Part shown: positions 59,960 through 64,000 of the stretch, one piece after another
Layout: each line of letters starts with the position of its first letter
How positions within the stretch are numbered: the first letter of the stretch is position 1
Source of the DNA: Octopus sinensis
Lineage: Eukaryota
DNA: 64,000 nucleotides
Assembly (NCBI RefSeq): GCF_006345805.1
Contig: NC_043016.1
Coordinates: 24,800,001 to 24,864,000, forward strand
Reading direction: 5' to 3'
Program-made: the position numbers and the translations under genes
Notes under the pieces: model-generated
Database searches by the model: none
Told to the model about the DNA's origin: nothing
The model's input: only the letters and a program-made list of their open reading frames with translations

Positions 59960-60870
59960 CTAGTACCTTGAGAGAAATGTTGTACCTAAGAAGCATCAGT
60001 TGTGGTGTGCAAGAGAAACGATTGCGCTGGTATGGTCATGTGGCGAGAATGGATGAAGATAGGTGTGTGAGAAAGTGCCAATCCCTAGCAGTTGAGGGAA
60101 CCTGTGGAAGAGGTAGACCCAGGAAAACCTGGGACGAGGTGGTGAAGCACGACCTTCGGACGTTAGGTCTCACCATGGAAATGACTAGAGACCGAGACCT
60201 ATGGAAGTATGCTGTGCGTGAGAAGACCCAGCAAGACTAGTGAAGCCATAACCCGTGGCCCCTACCTGGGACGTAGTCAGTCCACCTGTGCATACCTTCC
60301 TTCTTGTGACACTTGTGAAGACCTGTTGAGGCAAGTGAGAATCGAATCAAATCAAATCAAATCGAACCAAATCAAAATAGATGAACATCAATGGAATTTG
60401 TATCCTTGTGGTACCAGTGCCGGTGGCACATAAGAAAACCATCCGAACGTGACCGTAGCCAGTATCGCAACGACTGGCCTCCGTGCTGAGGGCACGTAAC
60501 AAACACCATCCGAGCGTGGCCGTCCGCCAGCCTCGTCTGGCACCTGTGTCGGTGACACATAAGAAAACACCATCCGAGCGTGGCCGTCAGCCAGCCTCGT
60601 CTGGCACCTGTGTCGGTGGCACATAAAAAACACCATCCGAGCGTGGCCGTCTGCCAGCCTCATCTGGCACCTGTGTCGGTGGCACATAAAATCACCCACT
60701 ACACTCTCGGAGTGGTTGGCGTTAGGAAGGGCATCCAGCTGTAGAAACACTGCCAGATCTGACTGGCCTGGTGCAGCCTTCGGGCTTGCCAGACCCCAGT
60801 TGAACCGTCCAACCCATGCTAGCATGGAAAGCAGACGTTAAACGATGATGATGATGATGATGATGATGAT
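59960..60870 (+). mobile_element. RTE-like LINE 3' end with complete 3' UTR and (GAT)n tail
   Basis: ORF 59968..60240 contains RLRWYGHVARM...GRGRPRKTWDEVV. Confidence 0.9.
60504..60695. repeat. Three ~63-bp tandem repeats in the LINE 3' UTR
   Basis: caccatccgagcgtggccgtcNgccagcctc.tctggcacctgtgtcggtg.cacataa repeated three times. Confidence 0.9.
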
Positions 60871-60879
60871 ATGCAGAAA

Positions 60880-63200
60880 AGAAGTTTGCCAAAGTCCAGT
60901 AATGTGAGGACCAAGGAACTGAAGTAATTCGGATTGCAAGACAGTATGTGAGAGAAACTTGTGATGTCACAGGAGAGAAATGTGTCTGCATGGATGATGG
61001 TGCACATGCTTTTAATGATTTGGAAAAGAAAGAAGCTTGGAGAAGCCATTATGAAAGACTGCTGATCATGGAGCATGATTGGGAGGAGGAGAGCCTGCTA
61101 AATGCTGACCCAGTTGAGGGACCAGCTATCCGAATAGACAGCACCCTGGTAGATAAAGCAATTAAGGGTATGAAGCCAGGAAAAGCCCCTGGCCTATCAG
61201 GAATCACTACTGAGATGCTTAAAACATCTGGTGGTATGGGCTATGGTCTAGTTACCCGTATTGTAAACCAGGTAGTTCTTGATGGAATCATACCCTATGA
61301 CTGGCGTAGCAGCCCCATAGTCAACTGCTACAAGGGTAAAGGTGATGCTCTAGATAGAAATAACCACAGGGGTATAAAACTACTGGATAAGGTGATGAGG
61401 GTCAAAGCCCAACTAATTAGGGAGAGAGTCTACTTAGATGAAATGCAGTTCAGTTTTGTGTTAGTTAGAAGCACCACTGATGCTATATTCCTGGTATGGC
61501 AACTGCAGGAGAAATATCTAGCCAAACACCTATATTTCGCTTTTGTGGACTTGGAGAAAGCCTTTGACCCCCGATCCTTTATCTGGTGGGTGATGCAAAA
61601 ACTGGGGATTGACAAATGGTTAATAAGGGCTGTACAGGCCCTATACAGAGATGCCATTAGTAAGGTTAGGGTTGGCAATGAGTATAATGAAGAATTCCGG
61701 GTAGAAGTAGAGGTCCACCAAGGATCAGCTCTCAACCCCCTCTTATTCATCATAATCCTCCAAGCAATAACAGAAGAATTCAAGACAGGTTGGCCTGGGA
61801 GCTCCTCTATGTTGATGACCTGACCCTCATAGCAGAATCACTACCAGAACTAGAAAAGAAATTTCAGGTGTGGAAGCAAGGTTTAGAATTGAAGGGCCTT
61901 AGAGTCAATGTTGCAAAGACCAAAGTTCTAGCAAGTAGGAAGGCGAACATATCATACATTTAGGTAGGTGGCCCTGCTCAATCTGTAGAAAATGTGTAGG
62001 TAGAAACTCCATAAGATGTACCCAGTGTAAGCTATGGACACATAAGAGGTGCAGCAACATCAAAGGAAGATTAACCAAGAAGATAGCATTCATGTGTGGC
62101 AGACATACAGGGGCAATAAACACCACAGATGCTCAGTATACAGATTCCATCACATGCCAGTGCGAGAAACTAGAAATAGTTGATAGCTTCCGCTACCTAG
62201 GTGACCAAGTCTGTAGTGGGGGTGGATGCTCAGAGAGTGTTACCACTAGAATAAGAATAGCCTGGACAAAGTTCGGAAAGCTCCTACCCCTACTTGTGAC
62301 AAAGGGCCTCTTGCTCAGAGTGAAAGATAGATTGTATGATGCATGTGTGCAAACAGCCATGCTTCAAGGCAGTGAAACATGGGCCGTGATTGCTGAAGAC
62401 ATGCGTAGGCTTGAAAGAAATGAAGCTAGCATGATCCGCTGGATGTGTAATGTCAGTGTGCACACACAACAGAGTGTAAACACCCCGAGAGAAATGTTGG
62501 ACATAAGAAGCATCGGATGTGGCAAGCAAGAGAGACGTTTGGGTTGGTATGATCATGTACTACGGATGGATGAGGAGATCTGTGTGAAGAAGTGCCACCC
62601 CCAAACAGTGGGGGGAATCCTGGGTAGAGGGAGACCCAGGAAGACATGGGATGATTGGGCCTCACAGAGGCAATGACAAAAGACTGAGATCTCTGGAGAT
62701 ATGCTGTAACTCAGAAGACCTGGCAAATAAAGTGAGCTGACAGCTGTAACCTACACCAGTGTTGCATAATCAGCCCACTCAAAAGTACCTTGGATCACAG
62801 GGCAACATGCCATGCTTGGGTTGACCTATTGAGTCAAGTACATCAAAACCAAAATCAAATGGAAATTGTAGGTGTGATCCCCATACCAGTGGCATGTAAA
62901 AAGCACCATCCAAATGTGGCTGATGCCAGCGCTGCTATGAATGGCTTCCGTGCCAGTGGCACATAAAAAGCACCAACCGTTCGTGATCACTGCCAGCCCC
63001 CTCTGGCCTCTGTGCCAGTGGAATGTAAAAAGTACCCACTACACTCTCAGAGTGGTTGGCGTTAGGAAGGGCATCCGGCTGTAGAAACACTGCCAGGTCA
63101 GACTGGAGCCTGGTGCAGCCTCCTGGCTTCCCAGACCCCAGTTGAACCATCCAGCCCATGCAAACATGGAAAACAGACATTAAACGATGATGATGATGAT
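60880..63200 (+). mobile_element. Decayed 5'-truncated RTE-like LINE
   Basis: ORFs 60948..61823 and 62092..62676 (KAPGLSG, YKGKGD, FVDLEKAFD, LLYVDD, YLGD); 3' UTR; (gat)n tail. Confidence 0.92.
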
Positions 63201-63780
63201 GATGATATATATGTGTGTGTCTGTGTGTGAGAAAGATTTAGTTCAAGTAGAACATTTTGAACTCTTTGTGGGGTCCAAAAAGTTAGATCTCTAATAAGGA
63301 TTCTTCCTATCAAAGTAGTAGCTTGCTAATGCATGTATTTAAAATATGAAAACATGACAAGTTTAAACAGTGTTATGAGTATTTATAGTATATAATCCGA
63401 TATGAACTCGTGTTCCTATATTTCTTTTTTACTCTTTCACAATCTTTTTTATGAATATCAAGTTTATCCAACACAGGCTCTCTGTAGTTTCATTGTAATA
63501 TTCTTTTGATAATAACTTTTTTTATGTTTTCTGCATCTTTTCTACTGAGGAGAATGGTAATATGTAATTAGATTAATTTAATTTAATTATTATTTTAATT
63601 ATTATTATAATTAATTTAATTTTTCCATGTTTCTTACATGTTGGTATTATCATTCAAAATGACCGTATGGATTAAAACTTTATAAAAACTTTTAACATCC
63701 TCTCTTCTCCATTTTTTAACTGTTAGATGAGTTTATATAGGATTATATACTACAAATGCTCATAACACACTTTTTACTTA

Positions 63781-63813
<33 letters not shown>

Positions 63814-64000
63814 GAAAGGTATTGGTGTCAAGAAGATCCAAAAGTGTCAGGTAATGCTGTGTAAGTGCTATGGACAGACTATAGTTAAGCTCCAGGTTCG
63901 ATAATGATATGAATGAGGAGTGTAACGTAGGCTGTGTATTAGCATGCATCTATATAAAAATTAACAGAATGAGATAAAAAATCCAAGTGTTCTTGGTCCA

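Overview
AT-rich, repeat-dense animal genomic DNA. The SINE, LINE and microsatellite content suggests an octopus or other coleoid cephalopod (inference). There is one host gene: a complete 9-coding-exon eIF5 (48646-51838, + strand, 440 aa, all GT-AG introns). Its predicted spliced 5' leader carries two poor-context uAUGs in one frame, forming a uORF that overlaps the eIF5 start. The rest of the window is repeats. A ~14.9 kb 16-bp satellite has expanded inside the 3' UTR of one RTE-like LINE copy. A ~6.4 kb purine-rich ~156-bp satellite carries a hAT MITE (perfect 8-bp TSD) and a long-TIR element with a telomere-like core. A young CR1-type LINE is nested in an R4/Dong-like RLE LINE. There are also several decayed RTE copies, tRNA-derived SINEs and many foldback elements. 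The most striking unannotated signal is minimal type-I hammerhead ribozyme cores in the arms of three different foldback elements (35.2-36.0, 36.1-36.5 and 59.4-59.5 kb), plus a near-intact hammerhead at 57921-58011 (- strand). This points to Penelope-like or retrozyme-like non-autonomous elements. All structures were read by eye; no searches or folding were run.
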